Origin: Candidatus Obscuribacteraceae bacterium
GTDB taxonomy: Bacteria; Cyanobacteriota; Vampirovibrionia; Obscuribacterales; Obscuribacteraceae
Length of the DNA stretch: 64,000 nt
Reading direction: 5' to 3'
NCBI GenBank assembly: GCA_044226015.1
Contig: JBGAHS010000005.1
Coordinates: 448,001 to 512,000 of the forward strand
The notes under the pieces were generated by a model. That model did no database searches. It was not told the DNA's origin and saw nothing but the letters and a program-made list of their open reading frames with translations. Shown piece after piece: positions 1 through 9,579 of this stretch (position 1 is the stretch's first letter; the number at the start of each line of letters is the position of its first letter). The position numbers and the translations under genes are program-made.

Positions 1-471
1 CAAGGTGAGGTCATGAGCGCTGAACAGCAAGCTGCGTATGACGATAAGCGAAACCAGGCATACCGTTTGTACGCCGAGAAGAAGGTTCAAGAACTTGAGA
101 AACTGAAAGCGAGCAATCCTGACAATGCTCGCCAGATAGGTGTTTTGCAGCGCTGGCTGAAGGCAGATGCTGCCATGAGAATGAGAGATCAGCAGACGAT
201 CAATTCGTTGAGACAACGTCTTGCGAACATCGAGCAGACTCAAAATCAGACGATGACAAATCTCGGCGGCGACGTATCTGCTATGCGAGAAGCCGCTAAT
301 GATGCGCGAGCTGATGATATGTTCCGTCAGCAAATGTCAATAAACTACTTCAATGAGTTGCAGTCTGAGATGGGACCGGCTAACTGGACCCACTCAAGTC
401 GCGGACCCAGCTATGGCATGGGCGGCTACGGTTTCAGTGGTGGACAGGCACTTTTCGGTGGGGGCTACTAA
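1..471 (+). CDS. Hypothetical protein, probably 5'-truncated by the window edge
   Basis: The frame is open from base 1 (caa ggt gag gtc atg). Coiled-coil-like, with a Gly-rich C-terminus. Lies 7 bp upstream of the next gene. Confidence 0.6.
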   Translation, partial: QGEVMSAEQQAAYDDKRNQAYRLYAEKKVQELEKLKASNPDNARQIGVLQRWLKADAAMRMRDQQTINSLRQRLANIEQTQNQTMTNLGGDVSAMREAANDARADDMFRQQMSINYFNELQSEMGPANWTHSSRGPSYGMGGYGFSGGQALFGGGY

Positions 472-478
472 GCGTTAA

Positions 479-1204
479 ATGCGCTTGATTGAGCGGTTCT
501 GTGCGGCTCTACTAATTGCCGTTGTCTGCTGCGTGGCTGAGACTCGCGCAGATGATGACCTGGATTTGCCGCGCGTCGTTGTGGCTACGGGCGGACCGTA
601 TGTTTCGCGCTCGCTCAATATTCAGCGCTTTCACGATGTGATTGATATTCCAAATGAGTATCTCATGCAACCCCTTTCCATGGTTTGCACAGATGGCTCC
701 ATGAACTCACCTGGTTTCGCCTGGGTGCGTGTTTTCTTGATACCCGATGACAGCGATCAAAATTATCAATCGTCGGCCGAGCCACTAGGAAGAATGCTTG
801 TTAAAGAGGATTCGTTTCTTTATTCGTCGCGTATCTATCTTGATATGAGTCGTCAATTCAAACCTGGTAGAAACAAGATAATCGTAGAGGGTGCTGGGCG
901 TCTTGGTGCTGAGTTCAGTTGGGAAATGCGATCAATCGGGCGCCCGAATTTGTCTATGCCTCCACAGTCAGCCACTATTAGTGGTGCCTGGTTCGATGTA
1001 TATGGATCCGGGTTTAGCCTGAGACCTAACGAAAACGTTGTGCAATTGGGTCCAGTTAGTTTGCCTGTTGGGCAATCAAACTTCTCGTCGTTGAAGGTAT
1101 TTGTACCTGAGCAGTTTCCGTCCGGAAACTATGATCTTTCAGTGTCTATAAGGAACTTCAAGAGTCGTGTTGTAAAGGTTCAAGTAGAGAATCCGAAAAA
1201 GTGA
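479..1204 (+). CDS. Secreted protein with C-terminal IPT/TIG-like Ig domain
   Basis: N-terminal signal peptide. C-terminal 'VYGSGFS..PNENVVQLG...LKVFVP....GNYDLSV' is typical of IPT/TIG domains. Confidence 0.6.
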   Translation: MRLIERFCAALLIAVVCCVAETRADDDLDLPRVVVATGGPYVSRSLNIQRFHDVIDIPNEYLMQPLSMVCTDGSMNSPGFAWVRVFLIPDDSDQNYQSSAEPLGRMLVKEDSFLYSSRIYLDMSRQFKPGRNKIIVEGAGRLGAEFSWEMRSIGRPNLSMPPQSATISGAWFDVYGSGFSLRPNENVVQLGPVSLPVGQSNFSSLKVFVPEQFPSGNYDLSVSIRNFKSRVVKVQVENPKK

Positions 1205-1222
1205 TTGTGCTAAGATAAGCGC

Positions 1223-1606
1223 ATGGAAGATCCCATTTCAATTATTTATCGCTCTATCAACAGTGAAGATCCCTTCTTCAAGCTGGTTGACGAATTTTAC
1301 GCTGGTGTCGAAATAGACAGCAGAATTCGTTCTCTTTACCCTGAGGATTTGACTCTTTCCAAAAAGCATTTAGCTTTATTCCTCATTCAACGTTTCGGTG
1401 GCAGAGGAACTTACACCGAAGAACGAGGACACCCTAGAATGCGCGGTCGGCATATGCCATTTAAAATTGGCATGAAAGAACGTGATGCCTGGCTGGAGAA
1501 CATGGGTGCAGCGTTGGATAAGGTGCCTGAGTTTGCTCCCTTCAGAGCAGTGCTGGATCACTACTTTGTCGAGTTTGCAACCTTTATGATTAATCAGCCT
1601 GGCTAG
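1223..1606 (+). CDS. glbO: Group II truncated hemoglobin (trHbO)
   Basis: Motifs 'LVDEFYAGV', 'FLIQRFGG..TY.EERGHPRMRGRHMPFKIG..ERDAWL'; 127 aa. Confidence 0.92.
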   Translation: MEDPISIIYRSINSEDPFFKLVDEFYAGVEIDSRIRSLYPEDLTLSKKHLALFLIQRFGGRGTYTEERGHPRMRGRHMPFKIGMKERDAWLENMGAALDKVPEFAPFRAVLDHYFVEFATFMINQPG

Positions 1607-1640
1607 CTTGCGCTGAATTAAGTCGCGCACTTAGTCTGAT

Positions 1641-2357
1641 TTAAGTCTCGTCGTCCTTATTGCTAGGAGGAGGACTTTGTGGATTCAGATGCGGCATTCC
1701 ATTCTCGAAGAGTTGCTTCAATTTCTCCATCATCTGGCGTTTCTGCTCGGGTGAAAGATTATCCATCCCAGAACGCGGCATCATTCCTGGCGGCAACATG
1801 CCTGGTGCCATGCGCATATGACGTGCGCTCTCCATCACAATTGGCATGTACTTGATTGCCGCTAGCTCGATGACCTCTGACATCATATCTGGTGCCTGTT
1901 TAATTAGTTTCTTTCCAGTAGAGGACTTAAGAAACTTCAGGAGGTTTTTCATATCAGATTCGCTAAGATGATCTTCCATCACTTTCTTAGCTGTGTCTTT
2001 GCAAAAGCCGTTGGGATCGAGCTTTTCCATAAGCCGCTCTTTGAGTTCTGGAGGCATCTTATCGTGACCAGAGCGACCATCCTTAATGCGTGCTTTCAAC
2101 TTCTCTTTCTGTTCATCGCTCATGTGCGCTTGATCGGCGATTGAGTTTATGACATTGTCCATGCGCTCTTCTTGCTTTTTCTTGAGTTCAGCTTTTTCGT
2201 CTTCTGTCAGCTTCTCAGCTTCAACTGCTTCGATAATTTGAACAGCTGTGGATGAGTTCTTGTTTGATTTTTCACTCTTGTCTTTACTTTTGCAAAATGC
2301 TGGTGCAGTTCCTGCCAGCAAAAAAGCAGATAGCATCAAGGCATTTATTTTGCGCAT
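1641..2357 (-). CDS. Secreted DUF2059-like protein
   Basis: Signal peptide. 'HLSESDMKNLLKFLKSSTGKKLIKQAP' resembles the DUF2059 motif (EL..L..F..SP.G.K). Confidence 0.6.
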   Translation of the reverse strand: MRKINALMLSAFLLAGTAPAFCKSKDKSEKSNKNSSTAVQIIEAVEAEKLTEDEKAELKKKQEERMDNVINSIADQAHMSDEQKEKLKARIKDGRSGHDKMPPELKERLMEKLDPNGFCKDTAKKVMEDHLSESDMKNLLKFLKSSTGKKLIKQAPDMMSEVIELAAIKYMPIVMESARHMRMAPGMLPPGMMPRSGMDNLSPEQKRQMMEKLKQLFENGMPHLNPQSPPPSNKDDET

Positions 2358-2396
2358 GTTAAATCTCTCGCTTGGATCTCACGAAGATTATAACAT

Positions 2397-5300
2397 TTAC
2401 GGCATCATCGACTTGAATTCAGCGTATTCCTGCTGATTTCTGGCTGATTGCATACCAATCTGGCACTCTTCTCTTGCATGGTCGTTAAATCCAGCAAGGG
2501 TGTACGCTTTAATCAGCTCAATACGAGCTTTTGTGAAAGCAGGTTGTTGTTGCACAAGGTTTTGAAGAACTTTAACTGCTGCTTCCAGGCGGTTGGCTTT
2601 GACCAATGCTCTACCGTAGTAGTATTGCTCTTCCAGGCTTAGCCCTTGGTTTGCGGCATAGGCAAATTGTGTCGAGGCGCCTACATATTCGCCAGCGCTG
2701 TACAGTGCGTTTGCCAGGTATCTTCTGGCTCGACCATCGCTCGGGTTAGTCTTGACTGCAGCTCTGAGTACCCTTATCGCATAGCCGAGATTTCCAGCCT
2801 TTGCTTGTTCATAAGCCCGTCCAACATAATCTCCAGCGAGATCGGCAGCCGTCAACGGAGTGTCTTCTCCACTTTCATCTTTCAGTGTTCTGGTTCCAGC
2901 TCTAGACTTCATCAATGCAATCGCTTTGTCGGTCTGATCGAGAGCCTTCTGCAGTTTCGCAAGTGGTTTCTTGCTCACTGCTTCTTCCAGGTCTGGTTTA
3001 GCCGGACCATACTGTTTCTTCTGGAAATAAAGCAAACCACGCTCAGCAAACGCTTCTGGTGTTGCAAAATTATGTTCAATTGCTTTTGTTAGTTCATCGA
3101 TAGCTTTGTCAGGATCCTTTTCTTTCAAAAGCAACGCGTTTTGGAAGTGCAGTTCTCCATCGCCAGGACTTAATACAAGCGCTTTATTTAGATAGTCTCT
3201 TCCCTTTGCTGTCTCGCCTTGAGCGATTTTCAGGATTGCAAGTTTCTTAGCAAAATCGACGTTTTTAGGATCGCAAGCAAGAGCTTTGACCAGAGCATTA
3301 GCTTGTTTGTCTTTGTCGTTTGTAGCGTCATAACAGTCCGCAAGCAACGAAAAAATTCTTGCTTTGTCTCCGTCTTCTCGTTTGCTTGCCAGTTCAAGCA
3401 CTTGAGCTGCTGTGTCCCATCGACTAAGCTTCATCAGAGCATCAGCTTTGATCATTAGCGAATTGACGTTGTCTTTGATTTTTATTGCTTTGTCAGCAGC
3501 TTCAATCGCTTCACCATAGTTTTTCAATTCCAGATAGGCTTTGGCTAGAGATTGTGCTGCAGAAAATTCTTCTGGTTTTATTGAGAGAACCTTCTTGTAG
3601 TCTTCGACTTGACGTTTGTAATCCGTTGGAACAGATAATGCATGCCCTAGATATGCTTCCCAGCTCTGAGGATTGGCCGCGATGATGGCTTCGTATGATT
3701 CCTTCGCGCCTTTTAGATCGCCTCCAACAAGTTTGTCTGAAGCCGCAGTCAGAGATGTTTGTCGCTGCGCTGAGTGAAATGTGAAAAAGATGATTGAAAG
3801 AACTATGCCAACGGATGATCCAACGATAATGAAATGTTTGAGCCTCTTATCCTTGAGAATTGAGATCTCTAACTTTGTGTCCTCAATTTGATTCGCGACA
3901 AATGACTTGGCGTCTACTTCGACGCTCTTTCTTACCTGCTCAACAAACAGCGAGCGACTTTGCTCACGCTCTTGCTCAATTTTTGAGCTTTGTCCAGATG
4001 GTGCTGCAGCATTTCCAGAAGCATTCATTGCTCCAGATTTTGCCCGTTGAATTTCTGATGTAAGCTGCGATGTCTGCATCGATTGAGTCAGTGCCTGCGA
4101 CTTCAGTTTGTCGAAGGTTGATTGATGGATAGGTCCTGGAGTTGGCTCTGGTTCCTCTTCGCGTTCAACTTTTACAAGCTCGTTCTTAGGCTTACCAGAT
4201 ATAGCTGCTTCGAGGTCTCTCAAGACTAACGATTGCTGGTAATCTTTGGTGTCTTCCAGATTGACGTCTTCGAAAACTTTCTCATCGCCTTCGCCAAATT
4301 TCTGCCTAACAAATGCTTTGAGTTCGGCTCTTAGAGCCATTCCTAGTGGGTCGCCATCACTGCTCGCTGCTTCAGGCACATATGATTCTGGTGGTTGATA
4401 GGATGAAGTAGAATAAGCGTTATCTCCTGGCGATACAAGTACAAAACCTGCGTTATTTGCCTCTGGAGCCACCTCTAATGATGAATTTCCGAAGGCGGCT
4501 TCCTGCATCGCAGCAAGTTCTCCGTAGCGCGCAAGTTCTTCGTCTACTGGTTCCGCAGATGGTGGCGTTGCTGCCACGTTTTCTGATGGTAACGCTACTT
4601 CACTTGTTTTGCGTTTTGCAACGGGGGTGAGTTCAATCGGCTCTTGCGTGCGTTTTACTACAACTGTTTCGCCTGATCCAGTGGGCGCTAAATCATCAGC
4701 GCGTTTTACTGAAGTTTCAGTAAGCGAAGGCTCCCACGATATTTTTGGTGTCTCCACTTCTTTTGTGGACTTTTTCTCTTTGTCCGCCTTCATGACCTCG
4801 ACGGTTGTCTTTTTTGCCCAGCCCCAAACCTGAGCCAGTCCGTCGAGCAGTGAAGAGCCAGTTTGCTCTTCCATTGCTTTATTAGTTTGCGAAAGAGTGG
4901 TGTCTAGGGCTTTGTTCGTTTGAGACTGCGCTACATCGAAAGCTTTGTTTGTTTGAGATTGAGTTGATTCTGCAGCGGGCGCTATTTCGGCAGTCTTTGT
5001 AAATGGTTCGGAAATAGCCTTGTTAGTTTGTGACTCATCGGGCGCGAAAAGATCCGCAGTTTTGTCACGAACAGGAGGCTCAGCTTTGGCCACTTTAGGA
5101 GCGACCTTCCCCTCGACTTTAGGAGCGACCTTCTCCTCGACTTTAGGAGCGACCTTCTCCTCGACTTTAGGAGCGACCTTCTCTTCGACTTTAGGAGCGA
5201 CCTTCTCTTCGACTTTAGGAGCAACCTTCTCTTCGACTTTAGGAGCAACCTTCTCCTCGACTTTAGGAGCGACCTTCTCCTCGACTTTAGGAGCGACCTT

Positions 5301-5897
5301 CTCTTCGACTTTAGGAGCGACCTTCTCTTCGACTTTAGGAGCGGACTCTGTGCTGGTTTGTTTCTCTAGCGACTCAATGACGCCCTCAGGACCCAAATCC
5401 CAATCCGCGTCATCAATACTTGCGATAAGAATATCCAGCTCATCGCCTGCGCTGGGAGTCGCTTTGGTTGGCGGTGCCGGTAGTTTAGAATCGATTTCAG
5501 GAATTGTATTTCGCTTGCATTTGCGCAATATTTCAATTGTTGGCAAATCTGGTGTTTGCCTCAGCTTATCTAGCAATTCATCAATGCTAATTCCAATAGA
5601 CTGGGCAAGCTCATCTCCCAACAAGCGACTATCCATCTGAATCAAATCGAAAGCACCGCTTTCAAGTTTCATGAAGATTGAAAGTGCTTCAAAACCATTG
5701 AGGGTTGTATCGCCGCTCTGACACTTGGCTCCTGTTATTAGGTTGCCATTTGCTATTCCTATCCACCCAGAGGCTTTAGCCGAAATAATCCTCACCACAG
5801 AGTGCTGAGAAAGGTCCGTTCTCGTGGCGCACATCAGTGCTGGTCTTATTCCGAACTTACTTGTAATGAGACCCGAGGTGAGTATATTAAGGTTCAT
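2397..5897 (-). CDS. Large bitopic membrane protein: DUF4388/PATAN-like N-terminus, long low-complexity linker, one TM helix, C-terminal TPR array
   Basis: N-terminal 'SGWIGIANGNLITGA...GFEAL......GAFDL'; TM segment 'FIIVGSSVGIVLSIIFFTF'; many TPR-like helical repeats downstream. Confidence 0.75.
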   Translation of the reverse strand: MNLNILTSGLITSKFGIRPALMCATRTDLSQHSVVRIISAKASGWIGIANGNLITGAKCQSGDTTLNGFEALSIFMKLESGAFDLIQMDSRLLGDELAQSIGISIDELLDKLRQTPDLPTIEILRKCKRNTIPEIDSKLPAPPTKATPSAGDELDILIASIDDADWDLGPEGVIESLEKQTSTESAPKVEEKVAPKVEEKVAPKVEEKVAPKVEEKVAPKVEEKVAPKVEEKVAPKVEEKVAPKVEEKVAPKVEEKVAPKVEGKVAPKVAKAEPPVRDKTADLFAPDESQTNKAISEPFTKTAEIAPAAESTQSQTNKAFDVAQSQTNKALDTTLSQTNKAMEEQTGSSLLDGLAQVWGWAKKTTVEVMKADKEKKSTKEVETPKISWEPSLTETSVKRADDLAPTGSGETVVVKRTQEPIELTPVAKRKTSEVALPSENVAATPPSAEPVDEELARYGELAAMQEAAFGNSSLEVAPEANNAGFVLVSPGDNAYSTSSYQPPESYVPEAASSDGDPLGMALRAELKAFVRQKFGEGDEKVFEDVNLEDTKDYQQSLVLRDLEAAISGKPKNELVKVEREEEPEPTPGPIHQSTFDKLKSQALTQSMQTSQLTSEIQRAKSGAMNASGNAAAPSGQSSKIEQEREQSRSLFVEQVRKSVEVDAKSFVANQIEDTKLEISILKDKRLKHFIIVGSSVGIVLSIIFFTFHSAQRQTSLTAASDKLVGGDLKGAKESYEAIIAANPQSWEAYLGHALSVPTDYKRQVEDYKKVLSIKPEEFSAAQSLAKAYLELKNYGEAIEAADKAIKIKDNVNSLMIKADALMKLSRWDTAAQVLELASKREDGDKARIFSLLADCYDATNDKDKQANALVKALACDPKNVDFAKKLAILKIAQGETAKGRDYLNKALVLSPGDGELHFQNALLLKEKDPDKAIDELTKAIEHNFATPEAFAERGLLYFQKKQYGPAKPDLEEAVSKKPLAKLQKALDQTDKAIALMKSRAGTRTLKDESGEDTPLTAADLAGDYVGRAYEQAKAGNLGYAIRVLRAAVKTNPSDGRARRYLANALYSAGEYVGASTQFAYAANQGLSLEEQYYYGRALVKANRLEAAVKVLQNLVQQQPAFTKARIELIKAYTLAGFNDHAREECQIGMQSARNQQEYAEFKSMMP
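5092..5342 (-). repeat. 24-bp tandem repeat, about 10.5 copies, encoding (APKVEEKV)n
   Basis: Unit ACTTTAGGAGCGACCTTCTCYTCG repeated head to tail with no spacers, in frame within 2397..5897. Confidence 0.97.
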
Positions 5898-5950
5898 ATG
5901 CTAGCTTTTTGGTATATACCTATCTTTAATACCACCTGCGATACTGAAGG

Positions 5951-6430
5951 TCAACGTGTATTCACAATCGGGAATGTGTATGTCTGGCTGAATGTGTAAG
6001 ACTGAGTTCCATAGGTGTTTCCAAAAAACTGAGTCGGAGCAAACGGTAGCTTCGCTGTAGATACCACTGTGACTGTGACATATGGCGATGTGTCTTCATC
6101 TGGCGGTGAGCCATTATAGTCTTCATAGACGAGGTTTTGGAGTACTGGAGGAGTCATGAAGGAGTTCGCTGTTTTGAAGGATTGCAATATGCTGTTTACA
6201 ACCTTCGTCGCTTGAGCTTTTGTAGTTGCAAGGTCTGCTTGTGGCTGTGTTTGTGCAGCAGCGCGTGCAGCGTCTCTGGCTGCTCTGTCTGTGATATGAG
6301 CGCATATCACTAGCAGTGACATATAAACGGCGAAGATAGCGAAGATAACCATAAATATCGAACTACATGCCATTTCTACAACGGCACTACCCTTTCTGTT
6401 TCGGGATTGCATTCGCTGAAACGTTCTCAT
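5951..6430 (-). CDS. tadE: TadE-like pseudopilin
   Basis: Prepilin motif RNRKG|SAVVE (Glu+5), hydrophobic helix, then 'AARDAARAAA'. Likely start is the ATG at 6430 after AAGGA. Confidence 0.85.
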   Translation of the reverse strand: MRTFQRMQSRNRKGSAVVEMACSSIFMVIFAIFAVYMSLLVICAHITDRAARDAARAAAQTQPQADLATTKAQATKVVNSILQSFKTANSFMTPPVLQNLVYEDYNGSPPDEDTSPYVTVTVVSTAKLPFAPTQFFGNTYGTQSYTFSQTYTFPIVNTR

Positions 6431-6446
6431 CTTAAAATCCTTTTGC

Positions 6447-8297
6447 TTATCCGTTGTATTGTTCACGCACCAATTGCACGAGGTGTCGAGCAATTTTTTG
6501 GAATGCGGCTCTCAAATCCTTACTGTTTGTGACAAGGTGGAAAGTGGCTCCCTGTCCTGAAATCGCTGCAATACCTCCAGTTGAAGGGTTGCTGTTTGTA
6601 GCGTTCAAGATGTCAGTTTCTCCTGGAATAATTGCTGGGTTTGTTGCTAGGCCGATTGTATAAACGGGTATGCCATTGTTTTTTGCATACACAGCAGCTT
6701 GTCGAGCATTTGTCCATACATTGTTGCTGTAAGGACCACCAGATGTAGGCTGTCCATCTGTAAACAGAACTATCGCCTTCACCGCATTGATTCTGCCATT
6801 ATTCTTGATTTGATCCACCGCGGTTTTAATAGCAAGACCTATGTTGGTGCTTCCTTTTGCTACCAACGGACGACTGTTGATACCATCACCTAGCGCTTGC
6901 ACAACAAGGTCATATTGTGTCTGGTTCAAGCCCTTGTCCAGTGGAATAAGTGGCTGAGGAAAGGGCAGATTTTGACCGTAGCCGATGTTGTCATCGTACT
7001 GACGATGGTTTTCAGTCGTATTTTTGTCGGTTCCAACACCATCGTCGAAAGTGACTAATCCAAAGTGAGCGTCGGTGTCATTGTTGATAATCTGTGCGAA
7101 CAAAGCTGTTGCTTCTTTTGCGTCTTGGATAGGTTGTAAGCACTTGTAGGCTTGCTTAAGATAGGCAGCTTTGTACCCTGCTTTCGGCTGAACAGTTATG
7201 GTCGGTGAAGTTGATGCCTTACTTGCATCGAATAGAGCCTGTGAGTCGAGATTTCCTCTTGCTGCCTCTATCAGCGTATCTACATTCGGGAAAGAATAGC
7301 CATCGGAATCGGTGAAACCGTTAAAGTGCTTTTGACCATCAAGGTTTACAACCATGTCAGTAAATATCATCGGGTCGCCATCATAAGAAGGCGATCCGCT
7401 TGGATAGTTGCCTGGTGGTCTGCCATCTTCCGGCACAACGCCACCAGATCGCAGACCTTTACCACCACTTAAATAGGCCTCTGAAAAATGGAGTTTGGCA
7501 AAGTTAGCGCCCGTCTTACTGTCTTCGATTGCTGTTAAATTTTGGAGACCCAAGCCATTTAGCCCAGTTCCTGTTGCTGGGGCGTTCACCAAGTCAAAAA
7601 TGGTGCCTTCGCAATTCATGGTGTTCGTTGTCGGAATCTTGTATACGATTCTTCCTGGAACTCCTGGGTTGCTAGGTGCTGCTGGAAAGGCCGTATCGTA
7701 CTTGCGTTTCCTGATTGAAACTAAGGTCTGGTCATCGATCGATCCTGAAATGTCGAAACATACAACCACATCCAACTGTGGTACGGCACCGTTCGATGCC
7801 GCAACAACAGGTTGTTTTGTTATGCCAACAAACTTCCCGAAGGCTGGAACCATGCCGTAGAATGCCGTCAAGCGAACTACTTTGCCGTTAGGATCGCCCT
7901 CTGGCACAGGTTTAAGCGTGTTTGGATCGAGAAATTCTATGAAAATTTCGCCTTTGAATGCATCTGGATTCTCGTTAAGTGAACCGGCGAAACTTGAGTC
8001 GGTGAGCTTGTTTCCCAGCACAGAATTCTCTTTGAAAATCTTTAGCGCAACTTGTTTTGCGTGTCCCTGTGCAACAGCTGTGTCCTTATTGTCTTGGCTT
8101 GCCAGCGTCGCAACGGCTCCGAGTGCCGCTGCGTCAGCTGCGTTCTTGAGCTGCTGTGATGCGAGATTGGCGCGAGAAACTTCAAACGCAAACATTGCGA
8201 TGAGAGGTAGAACCACCAGACCCAGTACGGTGACCATCATGATGATGCCGGCACCGGACATGTTGCGTTGCTTCAAATTCAATTTCAAGGTCATCAT
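6447..8297 (-). CDS. tadG: TadG-like pilus assembly protein with vWA domain
   Basis: Tad N-terminus 'QLKNAADAAALGA'; MIDAS motif 'DISGS'; 'GSTNIGLAI' and 'IVLFTDGQP'. Confidence 0.88.
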   Translation of the reverse strand: MMTLKLNLKQRNMSGAGIIMMVTVLGLVVLPLIAMFAFEVSRANLASQQLKNAADAAALGAVATLASQDNKDTAVAQGHAKQVALKIFKENSVLGNKLTDSSFAGSLNENPDAFKGEIFIEFLDPNTLKPVPEGDPNGKVVRLTAFYGMVPAFGKFVGITKQPVVAASNGAVPQLDVVVCFDISGSIDDQTLVSIRKRKYDTAFPAAPSNPGVPGRIVYKIPTTNTMNCEGTIFDLVNAPATGTGLNGLGLQNLTAIEDSKTGANFAKLHFSEAYLSGGKGLRSGGVVPEDGRPPGNYPSGSPSYDGDPMIFTDMVVNLDGQKHFNGFTDSDGYSFPNVDTLIEAARGNLDSQALFDASKASTSPTITVQPKAGYKAAYLKQAYKCLQPIQDAKEATALFAQIINNDTDAHFGLVTFDDGVGTDKNTTENHRQYDDNIGYGQNLPFPQPLIPLDKGLNQTQYDLVVQALGDGINSRPLVAKGSTNIGLAIKTAVDQIKNNGRINAVKAIVLFTDGQPTSGGPYSNNVWTNARQAAVYAKNNGIPVYTIGLATNPAIIPGETDILNATNSNPSTGGIAAISGQGATFHLVTNSKDLRAAFQKIARHLVQLVREQYNG

Positions 8298-8831
8298 TTA
8301 GCGCATAAGCCCCTGTGAGTTTTCGAAGTAATTACGTTGGACTACGACCATTCTGTAAGGAGCAGAGATACCTGGAATGTTTGCAAAGAATGGAACGTTT
8401 ATTAGCGGGTCAACATCAGCAGTCAGTGTAACTTCAAGTTGGAAAGTGTTGTCAGCTGTATTTGGGGGGGAGGTGAGCTTACCCGACTGTTTAGTCTGAA
8501 CCTGAGTGTTGATGTTTGTAGTAACAATTTTTGTGGACGTTGAAATGAGGTGGATACCCTGCCACGGAGTTGAGCAGAGTTGTGCAGTGCTCTGAGCCAG
8601 GTCTTTCGCAGATGGCGCATCGGTGCTTCCCACTTCGTATGACCGTGCCTTCGAGGCCGTCAATGTAGCCTGGTTGCAAGCGCTGAATACAAGTGATGCT
8701 CTAATGCCCAGGGAGCAGTAATCTACCATCGGAAAAAACAGTGCCAGCAATATAAGTCCTATAACACCGGGAGCCTCAGCAAGGAAATTACCCTTCCTGT
8801 TTCGTGAATTAGTACGTATCAACATTTTCAT
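8298..8831 (-). CDS. TadE/TadF-like pseudopilin
   Basis: RNRKG|NFLAE motif plus hydrophobic helix. Start at 8831 overlaps the upstream TGA (ATGA coupling). Confidence 0.75.
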   Translation of the reverse strand: MKMLIRTNSRNRKGNFLAEAPGVIGLILLALFFPMVDYCSLGIRASLVFSACNQATLTASKARSYEVGSTDAPSAKDLAQSTAQLCSTPWQGIHLISTSTKIVTTNINTQVQTKQSGKLTSPPNTADNTFQLEVTLTADVDPLINVPFFANIPGISAPYRMVVVQRNYFENSQGLMR

Positions 8832-9379
8832 GATCTGTTCGGACCTTTCTTTGGATTGACGAGTTCTGATTTTCGAGTTGCTGCCATTTTCGCCAACCAT
8901 TCCAAAGTCGATCTTGTGTCTTGATCGGGATTTTTGCTCAATGCATTGGTCGTAAGCTCTGTGAGTTCGTCAAATTTGCCTGCTGCCAGCAGTGCTTCAC
9001 CGGTTCTCAGAGTATATGTGGGTTTTGATGCATCGAGATTTGCTGCACGCTTTGTTGCTATTGCTGCCTCTGCAAACTTTCTTTGAGCCAAGAGCGCTTC
9101 ACCGTACAGGTAGTGTGCTTCTGCATCGGCTGGAAATTTGTCGGCGAGCTCTTCGAAGACTTTTGCAGCTTCGGGAATTTTATTTGCTTCTAGATAGGCT
9201 CGTCCCAGTTTCTTGCTTGATGCCGCGTCACCATTTTTAGCCTCTTGTTGCAGTTTCATGAATTGTGCGTCGCTGTCGCCAGCATAGGCCAATTGAGGTG
9301 CCACTGCACTCGCTGTGATGATGGCACACAGCAGAGTCAGGGTAACGAAGGTCCGTCCGGTCATACAACTACCTCTCAT
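8828..9379 (-). CDS. Secreted TPR protein
   Basis: Signal peptide ending 'LAYA'; TPR motifs such as 'AEAHYLYGEALLAQRKFAEA'. Confidence 0.85.
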   Translation of the reverse strand: MRGSCMTGRTFVTLTLLCAIITASAVAPQLAYAGDSDAQFMKLQQEAKNGDAASSKKLGRAYLEANKIPEAAKVFEELADKFPADAEAHYLYGEALLAQRKFAEAAIATKRAANLDASKPTYTLRTGEALLAAGKFDELTELTTNALSKNPDQDTRSTLEWLAKMAATRKSELVNPKKGPNRS

Positions 9380-9450
9380 GGGTGCACACCATCTCTCAGG
9401 TACTGGGGTCCCTATATAAGCAGATACCCAGTTGATCTTGGTTTACTAAC

Positions 9451-9478
9451 ATAATCTTGAAGGCAGCTTCAAGATTAT
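9451..9478. promoter_or_regulatory. Perfect 12-bp inverted repeat (putative operator) in a divergent promoter region
   Basis: ATAATCTTGAAG-GCAG-CTTCAAGATTAT between divergently transcribed genes; no U-tract follows. Confidence 0.55.
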
Positions 9479-9579
9479 CCATAGACTGGAGGAGTTTTGA
9501 AATTAGGGGTTTTCGGTCTATACTTTGCTTGTGACGGAAATTTTTTGTCGTCATTTAAGCATTAAGTTTTTGGGGAAGC

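Noticed and set aside
5092..5342. Regular repeat array as a possible CRISPR
   Set aside because: Units are head to tail with no unique spacers and lie in frame in a protein; no cas genes nearby.
4982..5640. ORFs 5020..5640(+) and 4982..5248(-)
   Set aside because: Shadow frames created by the stop-free 24-bp repeat.
8295..8300. In-frame TAA-ATG junction between the TadE-like and tadG genes
   Set aside because: TAA is not recoded, and each protein has its own prepilin-like N-terminus; simple translational coupling.
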